30,922 nucleotides of DNA. Origin: a virus (lineage: Duplodnaviria; Caudoviricetes). The notes below the pieces were generated by a model, which made no database searches, was not told the DNA's origin, and saw nothing but the letters and a program-made list of their open reading frames with translations. Every line of letters begins with the position of its first letter. Position 1 is the stretch's first letter. The position numbers and the translations under genes were made by a program. This document shows positions 1 through 11,492 of this stretch, in pieces. The DNA is taken from positions 1 to 30,922 of the IMG/VR virus record IMGVR_UViG_3300042507_004482; one strand, written 5' to 3'.

Positions 1-597
1 GAAATTGAAAAACTAAAAGACAGAGACCCCAACCTATGGAGAATATTTGGTCTTGGTCAAAAAGGTGTTCCAACAAAGATGGTATTTAATCACCAACAAC
101 TCTATATGGATTTACCACCATCCAGTAAATTCTTAGGGTTCGGTATAGATTGGGGATATTCAGACCCATCAACACTTGTTGGTATATGGAAACTTGATGA
201 CTCAATATACTGTGAAGAATTTCTGTATCTAAAAAATGTGACCATACCTGATTTCATTTATAAGATAAAAGATTTGGGGATTAACCTCAAAGATGATTTC
301 ATCGCAGATAGTGCTAACCCCCAAGCAATAGAAGAATTAAGAAGACAGGGGATAAATTGTAAGCCAGTAAAAAAGAATTCAATCCTACACGGTATAGACC
401 TAATTAAGAGGTCAAACTTTTATGTGAAGTATGATTCATTTAATCTACAAAATGAATTACAATCTTACATATGGAAGACCGATAAGAATGGTAATAACCT
501 TGATGAACCAGTTGATTCTTCAAACCACCTAATAGATGGTATCCGTTATGTGATGGAGATGAAGGTTGCGAGAAACCAATGGATTGGTATAATGTAA
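1..597 (+). CDS. terL: Terminase large subunit, C-terminal nuclease domain (5' truncated by the window)
   Basis: The frame is open from base 1 (EIEKLKDRDPNLWRIFGLGQ...). It carries PBSX-family TerL nuclease motifs GIDWGYSDP, IADSANP and DEPVDSSNHLIDGIRY. Confidence 0.93.
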   Translation, partial: EIEKLKDRDPNLWRIFGLGQKGVPTKMVFNHQQLYMDLPPSSKFLGFGIDWGYSDPSTLVGIWKLDDSIYCEEFLYLKNVTIPDFIYKIKDLGINLKDDFIADSANPQAIEELRRQGINCKPVKKNSILHGIDLIKRSNFYVKYDSFNLQNELQSYIWKTDKNGNNLDEPVDSSNHLIDGIRYVMEMKVARNQWIGIM

Positions 598-602
598 AAA
601 AG

Positions 603-610
603 ATATTTAT
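603..610 (+). promoter_or_regulatory. ATATTTAT motif, putative phage late promoter
   Basis: Lies 4 nt before ATG 615. The same motif and spacing occur at 12221, 14665, 20948 and 28476 (minus strand). Confidence 0.6.
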
Positions 611-614
611 GTAT

Positions 615-1355
615 ATGAGTGGACTTGTTCTAAAATATGATGGAAGAAAAATAACCATCCAAGAACCAACAATTCAAATGTGGACTGAGGTAATGAAGTT
701 TAGAGAACTTCTTGATGAAGAAGAACTCAACATCAGAATGTTGTCTTTAACAACAGGATTATCAGTTCAAGAGATTAAAGAATCAGATGCTCACTCGATG
801 AGAATCGCAGCCGATACAGTTTATAAATTCTTGAATCAAGAATCTAAAAAACTATTTAAGGATATAGAGCACAACGGAAAGAAGTATGTTCTTGTAGATA
901 TACATAAAATGTCGTTTGGTCAATTTGTTGATGTGGATACATTCTTACAGAAAGATGAGAATTATAGAGTATCAAATCTCAATGAGTTAGCGGCATACCT
1001 GTATACAGAAGAAGGTAAGAAATATGGTGAGACAGATTTCAGACAACAAATTGAAGATTTCAAAACTCTACCAGTGAAATATGTAGAGGGAGCAATTTTT
1101 TTTTTGTTGAGTATAGGCGTGGTCTCTCAACAACTTTCAGTTCTTTATTCCAAGAACAAACCGTTGTGGATGTGGATGATGATTCGAGTTCGTTTGCAAA
1201 ACATTGGGGATGGTATTCAGCAATATCTACACTTGCCGACAACAAAGTTTGGGTGGTTGACGATGTTACTAATCTTCCCCTTATATCTTGTCTCAATCAC
1301 CTCGCATATATTATGGACCTCAATCAACAGGCTGAAAAGCAAATTAAAGAAATGA
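615..1355 (+). CDS. Putative tail assembly chaperone, 0-frame product
   Basis: ORF 579..1355, with the likely start at 615 after the promoter motif. It contains KMSFGQFVDVD and a T10 slippery run at 1096-1105 (GAIFFL). Confidence 0.6.
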   Translation: MSGLVLKYDGRKITIQEPTIQMWTEVMKFRELLDEEELNIRMLSLTTGLSVQEIKESDAHSMRIAADTVYKFLNQESKKLFKDIEHNGKKYVLVDIHKMSFGQFVDVDTFLQKDENYRVSNLNELAAYLYTEEGKKYGETDFRQQIEDFKTLPVKYVEGAIFFLLSIGVVSQQLSVLYSKNKPLWMWMMIRVRLQNIGDGIQQYLHLPTTKFGWLTMLLIFPLYLVSITSHILWTSINRLKSKLKK

Positions 1356-1363
1356 ACAAATAA
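1103..1363 (+). CDS. -1 frameshift extension of the chaperone (gpGT-like product)
   Basis: The -1 frame is open from the T-run to TAA 1363: FVEYRRGLSTTFSSLFQEQ...FAKHWGWYSAISTLAD...VTNLPLISCLNHLAYIMD. Its stop directly abuts the next ATG at 1364. Confidence 0.7.
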   Translation, partial: FVEYRRGLSTTFSSLFQEQTVVDVDDDSSSFAKHWGWYSAISTLADNKVWVVDDVTNLPLISCLNHLAYIMDLNQQAEKQIKEMNK

Positions 1364-3520
1364 ATGGCGATTTTATCCTTCTTAGTATCATCAGGTTTAA
1401 CCATTAACGACACTTGTTCAATTGGTCCATACTTCACGGTTTATACAAATGATTTAGGTGGATGTGCAGGATGTATTAGTGCAGGTCTTAATTGTTGGGC
1501 TTGTTTACAAGCAGATACTCCAGCACAAACATTATATCTTGATTCAGGTTTAACTCAACCAATCAGTTCAGTTTTATCTTATTTGGTGAACGAGATGGCA
1601 CCAAGTCAATACAATTATTGGGTTGTCGATGGTTCATATCCAAGAGGAGGACCAGGTTTCTTCGGTTCTTGTCCTTTCCCACCAACTCCTACTCCAACAG
1701 AACCAGTCCTTGTAACACCAACTCCCACACCTACTGAAACAGAGACACCAACCCCTACTCCCACATCACAAACCCCAACTCCAACTCCTACACAAACAGG
1801 AACACCTAACATAACACCAACCCCATCATCAACGGGGATTCCACAACTTGCAATTAACTTCAAGACCATCGCTGATGATTTCAAATACTTAGCCAACAAA
1901 CACAAACAAATCAATTCGTTTGGTATTGGTGATACAGACCAGTTGGGTTATCTAATTCAGTCAAGAGACAAACAAGAGAACCCATCAGATAACTCACCAT
2001 ACTTCCCACTACTTTATGTTGTTCCATCTAATATTAAGAATGACCTTAGATTCAAAACTTGGACATTCAATGTCGTAACACTCGATATAGTTGAAAGGGA
2101 TTTAGAGAACTCACTTGATACATTATCCGATACCTTACAAATCTTGAATGATGTTATAAGTCAATTCAGATTATCTGTAACAAACAATCAGGGTAATTTT
2201 AACACACTCTATTATCTTGATGATACGGTTCAATGTAACCCCTTTCAAGAGAAGTATCAGGACCTATGTAATGGATGGAATGGTTTACTACAAATCAAAA
2301 CTAAGACACCATTAGACAGATGTGCTGCAGCGTTTAATACATTTACAGGGACACCAATCTATCACGAAGGAATCAACCTAAGAACCTTCATATATGATTT
2401 CCAATTATTAGCGGACCATCACAAACAAATCAATTCATTTGGTTGGGGTGACTTCGATGAATTCTCTTACAATGTAGATTCGAGAGACAAACAAGATAAC
2501 CCAACATATAATCCACCATATTATCCTTATATGTATGTGATTCCAAACAACGCAACACAAGAGTTTGGATTTATGACTTATGAGTTTAATATCATCATTG
2601 GAGATATTGTGGATAGAGATTTGAACAATATGATTGATGGATGGTCAGATACAAACCAAATCCTTGATGATATCATTTCTCAATTTAGATTGTCTGTAAC
2701 AGATTCACTTGGAAACTTTAATCAGGATTATTATCTCGATGATATGGTTGACTGTTCACCATTCATTGAGAAGTATGATGATATGTTAATTGGTTGGACT
2801 GCAACTCTTAGAATACAAGTTAAGACACCTCTTGATAGATGTGATGCAGCGTTTGATACAATGACTGGTCCTGAACCAACACCAAATCCAACATTGACTC
2901 CAACACCAACAGGAACATTATTACCATCACCTACTCCAACTAATACTGAAACACCAACGCCGACACCAACAATCACAGATACACCCACATCTACACCAAC
3001 ACCGACTGTAACAGATACTCCAACATCAACTCCAACAACAACACCAACTCCAACTTGTCCTGTAACAACTCAATATCTTGAAGTTGAATTACAAGACAAT
3101 ACGAAGTTCAAATTGGTGTTGTGGAATCAACCTGACTTTACATCACCAGCAGTTGCTCTATGTGATTATTTAATTTCAGGAGCAGCATACGGAAACTTGG
3201 GAACAGTTTATTATGGGGTTGAACAAATTAACGCAGGTCAACATCAACATCAATTCAATTTAGCACCTGTGTTATTACCAGGTGAGATAGTTCAATCATT
3301 TGATGTGTTTGGATTTACGGCTACAACTTGTGTATGTCCTGTGAATTTAATTTTACCAATATCACCAACGCCAACCCCGACACATACTCAAACACCAACG
3401 ATAACTCCAACAATTAACCCAACACCAACTCCTACATCAACTCCACCATCAGGAGCACAACTATGGAACACAAATTCAGATTTGTGGAACAATGAAAATC
3501 AACAATGGAATTTAATCTAA
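1364..3520 (+). CDS. Virion protein with a tandemly duplicated tail-terminator-like domain, three Pro/Thr tracts and extra modules
   Basis: 718 aa with two ~166-aa copies (HKQINSFG.GD...DIV.RDL.N..D..SDT.QIL.D.ISQFRLSVT...KTPLDRC.AAF). It has PT tracts and a Trp-repeat C-terminus. The terminator call rests on domain size and position only. Confidence 0.55.
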   Translation: MAILSFLVSSGLTINDTCSIGPYFTVYTNDLGGCAGCISAGLNCWACLQADTPAQTLYLDSGLTQPISSVLSYLVNEMAPSQYNYWVVDGSYPRGGPGFFGSCPFPPTPTPTEPVLVTPTPTPTETETPTPTPTSQTPTPTPTQTGTPNITPTPSSTGIPQLAINFKTIADDFKYLANKHKQINSFGIGDTDQLGYLIQSRDKQENPSDNSPYFPLLYVVPSNIKNDLRFKTWTFNVVTLDIVERDLENSLDTLSDTLQILNDVISQFRLSVTNNQGNFNTLYYLDDTVQCNPFQEKYQDLCNGWNGLLQIKTKTPLDRCAAAFNTFTGTPIYHEGINLRTFIYDFQLLADHHKQINSFGWGDFDEFSYNVDSRDKQDNPTYNPPYYPYMYVIPNNATQEFGFMTYEFNIIIGDIVDRDLNNMIDGWSDTNQILDDIISQFRLSVTDSLGNFNQDYYLDDMVDCSPFIEKYDDMLIGWTATLRIQVKTPLDRCDAAFDTMTGPEPTPNPTLTPTPTGTLLPSPTPTNTETPTPTPTITDTPTSTPTPTVTDTPTSTPTTTPTPTCPVTTQYLEVELQDNTKFKLVLWNQPDFTSPAVALCDYLISGAAYGNLGTVYYGVEQINAGQHQHQFNLAPVLLPGEIVQSFDVFGFTATTCVCPVNLILPISPTPTPTHTQTPTITPTINPTPTPTSTPPSGAQLWNTNSDLWNNENQQWNLI
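1853..2869 (+). repeat. Diverged direct duplication of ~498 bp (1853-2350 and 2372-2869)
   Basis: The protein copies are collinear, and DNA blocks such as cacaaacaaatcaattc and agagacaaacaaga are shared. Confidence 0.9.
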
Positions 3521-3526
3521 AAAAAT

Positions 3527-4315
3527 ATGGCTAACTTATCAGGTCAAACAATACAATCAACATATCCAGGTTTATTAAACTTAAACACTGCGACAACAGG
3601 TATCACATCAACACCACAAGCAATCACAGATGGTCTTGGTAATGATACAGGACTAAACATTGCAACTAATTATCTTGCAGCACCTAATCTACTTAACTAT
3701 TATAGTGAGTTTCTTCCTGATTATGGGGGTGTAGGATTTGGTGTTGGTTCAGCTACAAACCCAGCGAACAGTAACAATAGGCTAATTTATAGTGCATTTT
3801 GGGATTCAGGTGTAAATGCATATTCAGCATTAACTTATAACCTACAAACATTAACAACAACAAATGATACTGTAACATTTTCACTCTATACTGCACAGAT
3901 GGTAGATGGTATTGGAATTGCACCAAAAGATTTAATTTTGAGTGGTGTTTCAATGACTACAACAGGAACAACAGGTGTTAAAAAAACAAATTTGGTAAGT
4001 GATGTAAGTTTCTCAGGTTATAGTGGGGGTGGGTATTACATCTACGGATATGTAATAACATCAACAGCTGCAACTCCAACCATAAGATTTACAACAAGAA
4101 ATACAACAGTTGGGTCATATTCAAACTTTGATTCAATGGGTTTTTTCTTAACATCTGCTGGAACCTCATTAGTACCAGCCTCAAAGACACAACTACAAGT
4201 TAACGCAGGCGTTTTGAATACTGTTCAAGCAAGTTATTCCAAATCAGATATACAAAACCAATGGGTTGCTACTAACGCTATAAACTGGGGATTTGGATTA
4301 AACACAGTTAAATAA
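3527..4315 (+). CDS. Putative structural or fibre-like virion protein
   Basis: 262 aa, Thr/Gly/Ser-rich and beta-strand-like, within the tail module. N-terminus MANLSGQTIQSTY...ITDGLGN. Confidence 0.5.
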   Translation: MANLSGQTIQSTYPGLLNLNTATTGITSTPQAITDGLGNDTGLNIATNYLAAPNLLNYYSEFLPDYGGVGFGVGSATNPANSNNRLIYSAFWDSGVNAYSALTYNLQTLTTTNDTVTFSLYTAQMVDGIGIAPKDLILSGVSMTTTGTTGVKKTNLVSDVSFSGYSGGGYYIYGYVITSTAATPTIRFTTRNTTVGSYSNFDSMGFFLTSAGTSLVPASKTQLQVNAGVLNTVQASYSKSDIQNQWVATNAINWGFGLNTVK

Positions 4316-4875
4316 TGTTTGAACTATCCGAAATAGAATTACAGAGATTAGGGACTCTATTCGTTAACTTCTTCAAACAGAAGTTACAGGAGAAGATATA
4401 TCCCTATGGTAATCCTCAAAGAGGTGTTGGAGATAAAGTTGCGTCAGGTCAATTATTGAATTCACTTACAGCAACCGTGATGCCGAGACAAGGTGGAGGA
4501 TTCGAACTTGTAATTACCTATATGGATTACTTCCAAAATGTGAATTTTGGTAGAAGACCAGGAAAGGGGATGGTGCCCATACCAGCACTTCTTGATTGGA
4601 TAAAGGTTAGAAGAATCAAGGGTAGAAATGCAAAAGGAAAATTCATATCCAATCTATCATTAGCGTTTGCAATCAGACAGAACATTTTTAAGTTTGGTAT
4701 CCGTCCTTCTAATATTTATGATAAAGCGTATGACTCATTTGAAGCACTTTTGGAAAACCCTCCACAAGAATTTCAAGATGAATACAACGCACTCTATGAA
4801 GCAATCGGAAATGATGTGGAGAACTTTATGGAGCAAACAGTAAACAAAGAATTCCCATCAATCATAACAGAATGA
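4315..4875 (+). CDS. Putative neck/tail completion protein (HK97 gp10-like)
   Basis: Basic 186-aa protein with ASGQLLNSL, VNFGRRPGK, ALLDWIKVRRI and LAFAIRQNIFKFGIRP. Confidence 0.6.
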   Translation: MFELSEIELQRLGTLFVNFFKQKLQEKIYPYGNPQRGVGDKVASGQLLNSLTATVMPRQGGGFELVITYMDYFQNVNFGRRPGKGMVPIPALLDWIKVRRIKGRNAKGKFISNLSLAFAIRQNIFKFGIRPSNIYDKAYDSFEALLENPPQEFQDEYNALYEAIGNDVENFMEQTVNKEFPSIITE

Positions 4876-6548
4876 GTTTAGATTTAACGATATTACAAAA
4901 ACCATTAGATGTTACTGAGTCACATTCAGACCATACTTGGAATGTTGCCCTCAACGACTATTCAGCATATACAGACATTAGATTGGTTGTTGATGTATAC
5001 AAGAATCCGTATCAGAATGATATTGGTCCAAATAATCAACAAGGAACAAACCAACAATTCGGAAAGTTTGGAAGATTATTAGTTCCATCAAATGAGTTCG
5101 GTAACTGTATCTTCAATGTGGAAACAGTTATCAGAAACTTCGTTCAGGCTAATCCAAGAAATATGGATATGGTTATGACTATGACCGCAGGAACAGCACA
5201 GAACGACCCCTATCTCGTTGAATACTATAACCAAGCAGGTCTTAACTTTACAGCGAACACATCACAAGCCACAATCGTTAATGAGAGACCCTCCACAGTA
5301 TCGTTTTCTAACGGTTTTAACGGAGGTTTTCCTGGTTTTGATAACATATATCATATCAACGAATATCGTTTAATTTTCGGGGTGCAATACACTTCTGGTG
5401 GGACTTCACAAATCATAATCGATACTACAAATTATAATGTCTATTCAGGTTGGACAGGACAGAGTATTTCTCCATACTCTGCATCCACTCAACCTTATGG
5501 AGTTACAATTTATCCTGGCGTTCAGGACAACAAAAGATTTGCTGTCTCAACAAATTCAAATTTTGAGTATTACTACTCTGGCACAAACTTATCTGGGCAA
5601 TACAACTACTGGAATACAAAAGTGTTCGACTTCGCAATGAACACAGGGGTTGCCCCATTCAATCAGCCTGGTAGGTTTATGGGAACATTCGGTGATGAAA
5701 CAATACCAATGACTTTATTCGGTGGACCAGTTATCCAAACAAGATATAGAACACACTACTACAAGTGTCCAATAGTTCTTGGATTTATGTATGGTGAAAA
5801 TCAACTCTATAACAACTCAGTTCCTGTTCAGTCAATTTCTTACTTACAGAAAACACTTAATAACACACAATACAATTATGATGTTTTACAATCTGTTCCA
5901 ATTGACTACACAACAAAACCATTTGGTTTATACTCTTGGTTAGGTCAGAGAATTGCTTACGCAGTATGGAAACAAAATCCAATCATCAGAACTCAGAGTG
6001 ATGTTGCAATCTTCCTATCAAGTGGTGATTGTGACCCTTCATATGTTTCAGGAGTATCTGAGGTTGTTCAATACAAGATGGTTGGAGAAGAATGTTTTAA
6101 TGACCCTGTTAACTTTTTGTTCTTGAATAGAAACGGAGTATGGGACACATATACATTCACAAAGAAATACTCCAAGAGATATAATGTAGACAAGAAAGTT
6201 TATTCTCAATTCAAGACACTTAACACACAAGTTTGGAATAGACAATCATACGACTCACAAGAGACAGTATTTTGGGGTAACGCAGATGAGTTGGTTACTG
6301 TGGATTCAAACTTCGTTCAACAAAACGATGTGGATATCATTGAGGAATTATTGATGTCCCCTTATGTTTATATGATAATGGACAACTGGGTTCCTGAGGG
6401 TGACCAACAAAAAAATTATCCTTACTTAATACCTTGTGTAGTTCAAAATAAATCTGTTCAAGAATATATTCAAAAGTATGTTAGAATATTTCAATACACA
6501 ATTGAACTTAAACAGACACCTTATAGAAGATTTGAATTACCAATATAA
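4872..6548 (+). CDS. Tail structural protein (possibly distal-tail-like)
   Basis: 558 aa with C-terminal FLNRNGVWDTYTF...IEELLMSPYVY. Translationally coupled to both neighbours. Confidence 0.55.
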   Translation: MSLDLTILQKPLDVTESHSDHTWNVALNDYSAYTDIRLVVDVYKNPYQNDIGPNNQQGTNQQFGKFGRLLVPSNEFGNCIFNVETVIRNFVQANPRNMDMVMTMTAGTAQNDPYLVEYYNQAGLNFTANTSQATIVNERPSTVSFSNGFNGGFPGFDNIYHINEYRLIFGVQYTSGGTSQIIIDTTNYNVYSGWTGQSISPYSASTQPYGVTIYPGVQDNKRFAVSTNSNFEYYYSGTNLSGQYNYWNTKVFDFAMNTGVAPFNQPGRFMGTFGDETIPMTLFGGPVIQTRYRTHYYKCPIVLGFMYGENQLYNNSVPVQSISYLQKTLNNTQYNYDVLQSVPIDYTTKPFGLYSWLGQRIAYAVWKQNPIIRTQSDVAIFLSSGDCDPSYVSGVSEVVQYKMVGEECFNDPVNFLFLNRNGVWDTYTFTKKYSKRYNVDKKVYSQFKTLNTQVWNRQSYDSQETVFWGNADELVTVDSNFVQQNDVDIIEELLMSPYVYMIMDNWVPEGDQQKNYPYLIPCVVQNKSVQEYIQKYVRIFQYTIELKQTPYRRFELPI

Positions 6549-9500
6549 TGAGTTTACAGATTAGAGCATTCGTTCAGGGAGAACCAAAATTTTTAGATTT
6601 ATACAAGGATGAACCAGTCCTATTGTCTTTATCATTCGCTGAGGTGCAAGACATTACAAAAAAGAACTCAGCATTCTCAAAGGGATTCTCAGTTCCTGGT
6701 TCACAGAGAAACAATGAGGTATTCAACTTTTTCTATGACCTGAATTCTGTTCCTGTAACATTCGACCCCAACAACAAATTCGATGCTCAACTCTTATGGG
6801 ATGGATATGAAATCCTACAAGGACATATCAGATTGAATGGTGTATCAATATCCAATGATGAAATTATTTATCAGGTTACATTCTATAATCAGGTTGGGGA
6901 CTTAGCGGCAAACATTGGAGACAAGTATCTTAGAAATTTGAATCTCTCGGCTCTAACACATCCATATCAAGATAGTGTAATCTTAGAATCGATTGTTGAC
7001 CCGACATTATGGAATCTAACAGGTTCAACAAACTATTCATATCAGAATGGAAAAACATTTTGGGGTCTATACAACATCGGTTATGACTATCTGAGTGGAA
7101 CAACACTTAATAGTGATGTATCACCACTCATTCAATTCTCACCATTGATATCAGGTTCTACTGGTCTCCAATTTATCCCTCAATTTGGAAACTTCGATTT
7201 CTCAGGGACTCCTGTTAGAGATTACTATTACAAGCCGACATTACAAATCAAAACTCTTTATGAGAAAATCTGTGAAGAAGCAGGTTATGAAATTCAATCC
7301 AACTTTTTCAACACAGATTACTTCAAGAAGTATTATATGCCATTAAAATTCTTGGATGAAAGTATCTATGCGAAACAATCATTACCCGCTTGTTTCAGTT
7401 ATGGTCCACAGGATTTCAATTTAACGAGTGTATTGAATGATGTTTATACAGTTCCAAACTCAGCGACAACTTGTAACGCACTCGGATTCCCTTTAACAAA
7501 TACAGGGTTCACAATCGAGGAACAATACGCTGGTATCTATACATTTAGATTCACTTGGTCGATGATTGGTCAATGTGATTATAATAGTTTGAATATTCCT
7601 CTTGTGAATCTTATGATTGTTGATGGGACAGGTGGTCAAAACTTTTATGCTAACTATTGGTGTGATTCAGAAAGACAGGTAGTGTCGTTAGAACAGACAT
7701 TCAATTTCACAGGAAGTTCAACTGTTGGGTTCGTATTCAAGGGTGAGTATGCACAAATCTCAGGATTTACAGCACAGATTATCAACGCTCCAAGATTTAT
7801 TCCAACAGGTTCAACGATTAACTACGCAGAAGAATTCCCTGATAATGACTACACACAAATTGATTTCCTTACATCTGTAAACAAGTATTTCAATCTCGTT
7901 GTAGTTCCAAATCCTGATAAGCCAAGAAGTTTAATTGTAGAACCTATTATCGATTACATTGGTAAGGGTAGGACACTTGATTGGACAACAAAGGTTGACT
8001 TCAATCAGATACAATCTCTATATCCAACAACATCTCTAATCAATGGAACACTTGATTATGAATTTAAGTTGGACCAAGATTATGCGAATCAAGATTTCAA
8101 TTCTCGTGCAAACAGAATATTCGGGACAGATAAGTTCAAACTCAATCTTCAATATAAAGATGAGGTTACCAAATTTACCTATCTATTCTCATCTCCAATT
8201 GATATCACAATTAACAATGCGTTTGTTCCTCTAATCACAATTGAGTCAATGTCCAAGTTGAAATCGATTGATAAAGATGGTCAATCACAACAGACATTCG
8301 TTCCATTTAAGATATTACCAAAATTAATATTTAGAGGTCTAACATTACCAAATGATAACTATGGATTTGTTGGGGGAACAGGAACAACAACTGGTTCATC
8401 TGTTTGTAAATCAGGTATCACATTCAACATAGATGCAACATCGTTTGTATATTATAATGACTGTTTCGGGGTTCAACAAGTATACTATGCCAACAATGGT
8501 TCAAACACAATAACAGATTGTGGTGACCCATCATCCCTTAGAGTTCCATATGTATTTTTCCCACAACCTACAATTACGATAACAAGTTCAGGAACTACTT
8601 GTGGAACTGTTGTTCAAGACCCTATCTATCAGACCTATTGGATGGATAACAATCAAATAGATAGATTCACCAACCTTAATAGATTTACAACTTATCCATT
8701 CGCTTATAATAACTTCTCACACTACATTAATTTTAGAGGTGAGGATAAAACCAATATTACCCCTGCTGAATTCTCATTTGTATCTGAGGACTTATACGAT
8801 GTTTATTACAAGCCTTATGTTGATGATTTAATTAACGAAGAAAACAAGATTTATTCTTGTAAGATTTATCTGTATCCACAAGAGATTCAACAACTCAGAT
8901 GGAACGAAAAAATACTAATTAACAACACCTATTTTAGAATCAACAGAATCACCAACTACAATATGACCGAACCAACAATATGTGATGTTGAGTTGGTTAA
9001 GTTAACAAGAGAATATCCTGGTCATAGAGTTTTATATTATGATTTAATCCCTTGTGCAACAGGTGGAACAGAACTACATTCAAGTTCTGATTATATGTAT
9101 AACTTATACGCATACGCAGGAAACTTCGTAAAACTATTTGATGATAATAACACCTATCTTGGATGTTATAATGTCTCAATAGGAACATATAATTCAGGTT
9201 ATACTTACAATCACTATTATATCAATTCAGCATTCACATTTAACAATGTTGGAGTATATGCTGATTGTGGATGCACAGGAAGAACACCATTTGATTTAGT
9301 TCAAGAAGAGCCAGGTGAACCAAGATTATTCTGGTATAGAGGAATAGAGTGTAATGGAACAGACGAGTATGTATTTACATCATCAGGTTCATCAATTGAT
9401 TTAAGTGGAGGAACATTCACACTATACAACTCAACAATATTTGATGAGGTTTGTGTGAGTGGTGTTACAGGATATTTTGCACAAGATACTCTGTGGGAAC

Positions 9501-10033
9501 AGGTGGGACAATTCAGTTCGTGCACAGAGTGTTCTTGTGTTTATTGTTTCTCATTTTCAATGACCGCTAATACAACAGGTGTTGTATCTTGGTTGGATTG
9601 TGATGGAATCAAATTAGATACATTCCTGTTAGCAGGTCAGACATATACAATACCGTGTATTGGTGCAAGAGCAGGGACAGTTTCAGGTGATGTTATACTT
9701 GATAAAGGACCAGTATGTTTTAATAGTTGTGTTACCCCAACTCCAACTCCGACAATACCAGTCACTCCTACACCTACTCCAACATCACCAACTCCTACAC
9801 CAACTGCAACACCTGATTCAACACCTACACCAACACCATCAACAGGTCTTGTTCCTTGTTATAATTACATAAACAATTCTGACTTCGCTTGGTTTGGAAG
9901 TTATGTTGATTGTTTTGGCAATCCTGTTCCAACTGGATACTTACCACCATACGAGTCGATATGTGCTCAGGATGGTTCACCAATAACCGACAGTGGACAA
10001 GATTTAGTCCCAATATTTACTTGTTATGGATAA
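6548..10033 (+). CDS. Large tail tip / baseplate-hub-like protein with C-terminal Cys modules and a PT tract
   Basis: 1161 aa. The N-terminus [37 protein letters not shown] resembles tail-tip proteins, and the C-terminal ~330 aa is Cys-rich. Confidence 0.6.
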   Translation: MSLQIRAFVQGEPKFLDLYKDEPVLLSLSFAEVQDITKKNSAFSKGFSVPGSQRNNEVFNFFYDLNSVPVTFDPNNKFDAQLLWDGYEILQGHIRLNGVSISNDEIIYQVTFYNQVGDLAANIGDKYLRNLNLSALTHPYQDSVILESIVDPTLWNLTGSTNYSYQNGKTFWGLYNIGYDYLSGTTLNSDVSPLIQFSPLISGSTGLQFIPQFGNFDFSGTPVRDYYYKPTLQIKTLYEKICEEAGYEIQSNFFNTDYFKKYYMPLKFLDESIYAKQSLPACFSYGPQDFNLTSVLNDVYTVPNSATTCNALGFPLTNTGFTIEEQYAGIYTFRFTWSMIGQCDYNSLNIPLVNLMIVDGTGGQNFYANYWCDSERQVVSLEQTFNFTGSSTVGFVFKGEYAQISGFTAQIINAPRFIPTGSTINYAEEFPDNDYTQIDFLTSVNKYFNLVVVPNPDKPRSLIVEPIIDYIGKGRTLDWTTKVDFNQIQSLYPTTSLINGTLDYEFKLDQDYANQDFNSRANRIFGTDKFKLNLQYKDEVTKFTYLFSSPIDITINNAFVPLITIESMSKLKSIDKDGQSQQTFVPFKILPKLIFRGLTLPNDNYGFVGGTGTTTGSSVCKSGITFNIDATSFVYYNDCFGVQQVYYANNGSNTITDCGDPSSLRVPYVFFPQPTITITSSGTTCGTVVQDPIYQTYWMDNNQIDRFTNLNRFTTYPFAYNNFSHYINFRGEDKTNITPAEFSFVSEDLYDVYYKPYVDDLINEENKIYSCKIYLYPQEIQQLRWNEKILINNTYFRINRITNYNMTEPTICDVELVKLTREYPGHRVLYYDLIPCATGGTELHSSSDYMYNLYAYAGNFVKLFDDNNTYLGCYNVSIGTYNSGYTYNHYYINSAFTFNNVGVYADCGCTGRTPFDLVQEEPGEPRLFWYRGIECNGTDEYVFTSSGSSIDLSGGTFTLYNSTIFDEVCVSGVTGYFAQDTLWEQVGQFSSCTECSCVYCFSFSMTANTTGVVSWLDCDGIKLDTFLLAGQTYTIPCIGARAGTVSGDVILDKGPVCFNSCVTPTPTPTIPVTPTPTPTSPTPTPTATPDSTPTPTPSTGLVPCYNYINNSDFAWFGSYVDCFGNPVPTGYLPPYESICAQDGSPITDSGQDLVPIFTCYG

Positions 10034-11483
10034 TTTTAGTTGCTCACGATATAGTCACAATGAACCGAACTACGGTCCAAAAGTAATCTCAGGAACTACC
10101 TGTTCAGGAGTTACTGGCTCATTCACATTGGTGTATGGTCAATCAATCTGTATGTCCAATGCAGAACCACTTGATGCTTGTGATAATTTTGATATTGATG
10201 AGATATGTGGATTCCCAACACCTACTCCATCAGCAACTCCAATCATCACACCAACCCCAACTTTAACACCAAGTCAAACACCTACATTTACACCGACACC
10301 TACAAATACCGAAACTCCAACATCTACCCCTAATGAAACTCCTACACAAACCAATACACCAACAACAACTACTACATTAACTTCTACACCAACACAAACA
10401 GATACACAAACACCGACTCCGACAACAACAACTACTTTAACTGCAACTCCATCAGAAACACCAACACATACACCAACTCCAACAACAACTACAACATTAA
10501 CTGCTACACATACACCGACTCAAACTATAACTTCAAGTCAAACCCCAACAGTAACACCGACAATTTCACTAACACCAAATAGTGTTTGTCCTTCTAACCT
10601 TGAATTCAACATACTTGGAAGTAACCCAGCAACTATTCCGAATCAATTTATGATTAGGTTATATCAAGGTGTTGGATTTAGTTTTGATTATGGATATTCA
10701 GAATTTGTTTCTAACACACAAACTATTTTCAAATATGGTATCGCACCTGATGGAAACAAATACCCTGTTTTTTCAGCATATACATCATCTGCTAATTATT
10801 TTTTAACACGAAATTTTTTAGGGACAACAGACCAAGGCTTTTCTGTTCAGGAAATAGTCGGACCGATAGGTTATCCTTATGCGACAGGAACGACGAATAA
10901 CGGTGATGTTGCTTGGGGTCTATATTCCACAATCTCATTCGATGGAGTCCAATATCCTCCAAATGGTTTTGTTACATTCCCGAATGGAATAGGTGGAGGT
11001 CAACAATACTTGGTTTATCCAAGTTCTTGTCCAACTCCTACACCAACACAAACTCCAACGAGAACTTCAACACCAACGCCGACCACGACTACAACATTAA
11101 CTGCAACACCTACCCAAACACCAACACTAACAAGAACACCAGCAGTAACACCAACACAAACTCCAACAAGAACATTAACACCAAGTCCAACAAGAACACC
11201 AACACAAACGAGAACACCATCACCAACACCAACACCTAATTATGTTTATTATTTAGCAGAGAGTTTGAGTTGTAATTGTAGTTCACCACAATTAATATAT
11301 GTTAGAACAACATCTCCATTTTTCGTTGATGGTAGATACTATGCATTCAATAATTTTCCTAATAGAAAGTTGTTATTCCAAGAGGCAATACCAGTTCCAC
11401 CAGTTCCATCACCATTTACTGATATTGTCGGATATACACAAGCCAGGAGTAACACTATTTGTTCTCTCGTAACCTGTTTTTAA
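10026..11483 (+). CDS. Pro/Thr-stalk protein with Cys modules (putative fibre or decoration protein)
   Basis: 485 aa: Cys module, ~120-aa PT tract, aromatic globular domain, ~70-aa PT tract, then a Cys-containing C-terminal domain. Confidence 0.6.
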   Translation: MDNFSCSRYSHNEPNYGPKVISGTTCSGVTGSFTLVYGQSICMSNAEPLDACDNFDIDEICGFPTPTPSATPIITPTPTLTPSQTPTFTPTPTNTETPTSTPNETPTQTNTPTTTTTLTSTPTQTDTQTPTPTTTTTLTATPSETPTHTPTPTTTTTLTATHTPTQTITSSQTPTVTPTISLTPNSVCPSNLEFNILGSNPATIPNQFMIRLYQGVGFSFDYGYSEFVSNTQTIFKYGIAPDGNKYPVFSAYTSSANYFLTRNFLGTTDQGFSVQEIVGPIGYPYATGTTNNGDVAWGLYSTISFDGVQYPPNGFVTFPNGIGGGQQYLVYPSSCPTPTPTQTPTRTSTPTPTTTTTLTATPTQTPTLTRTPAVTPTQTPTRTLTPSPTRTPTQTRTPSPTPTPNYVYYLAESLSCNCSSPQLIYVRTTSPFFVDGRYYAFNNFPNRKLLFQEAIPVPPVPSPFTDIVGYTQARSNTICSLVTCF

Positions 11484-11492
11484 TATTAAATT

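Noticed and set aside
579-614. Track start codons at 579, 20954 and 25117
   Set aside because: Each lies within an upstream gene or promoter motif. Starts at 615, 20960 and 25138 fit the regulatory pattern better.
1853-2869. Possible diversity-generating retroelement template/variable repeat pair
   Set aside because: Both copies are in-frame coding domains, the differences are not confined to adenines, and no reverse transcriptase is present in the window.
1615-2988. Minus-strand GVGVGV-rich ORFs (1615..1914 and 2731..2988)
   Set aside because: They are antisense shadows of Pro/Thr codon repeats.
4712-4719. ATATTTAT inside the 4315..4875 gene
   Set aside because: No start codon lies at the 4-5 nt spacing, so it is probably a chance match in AT-rich DNA.
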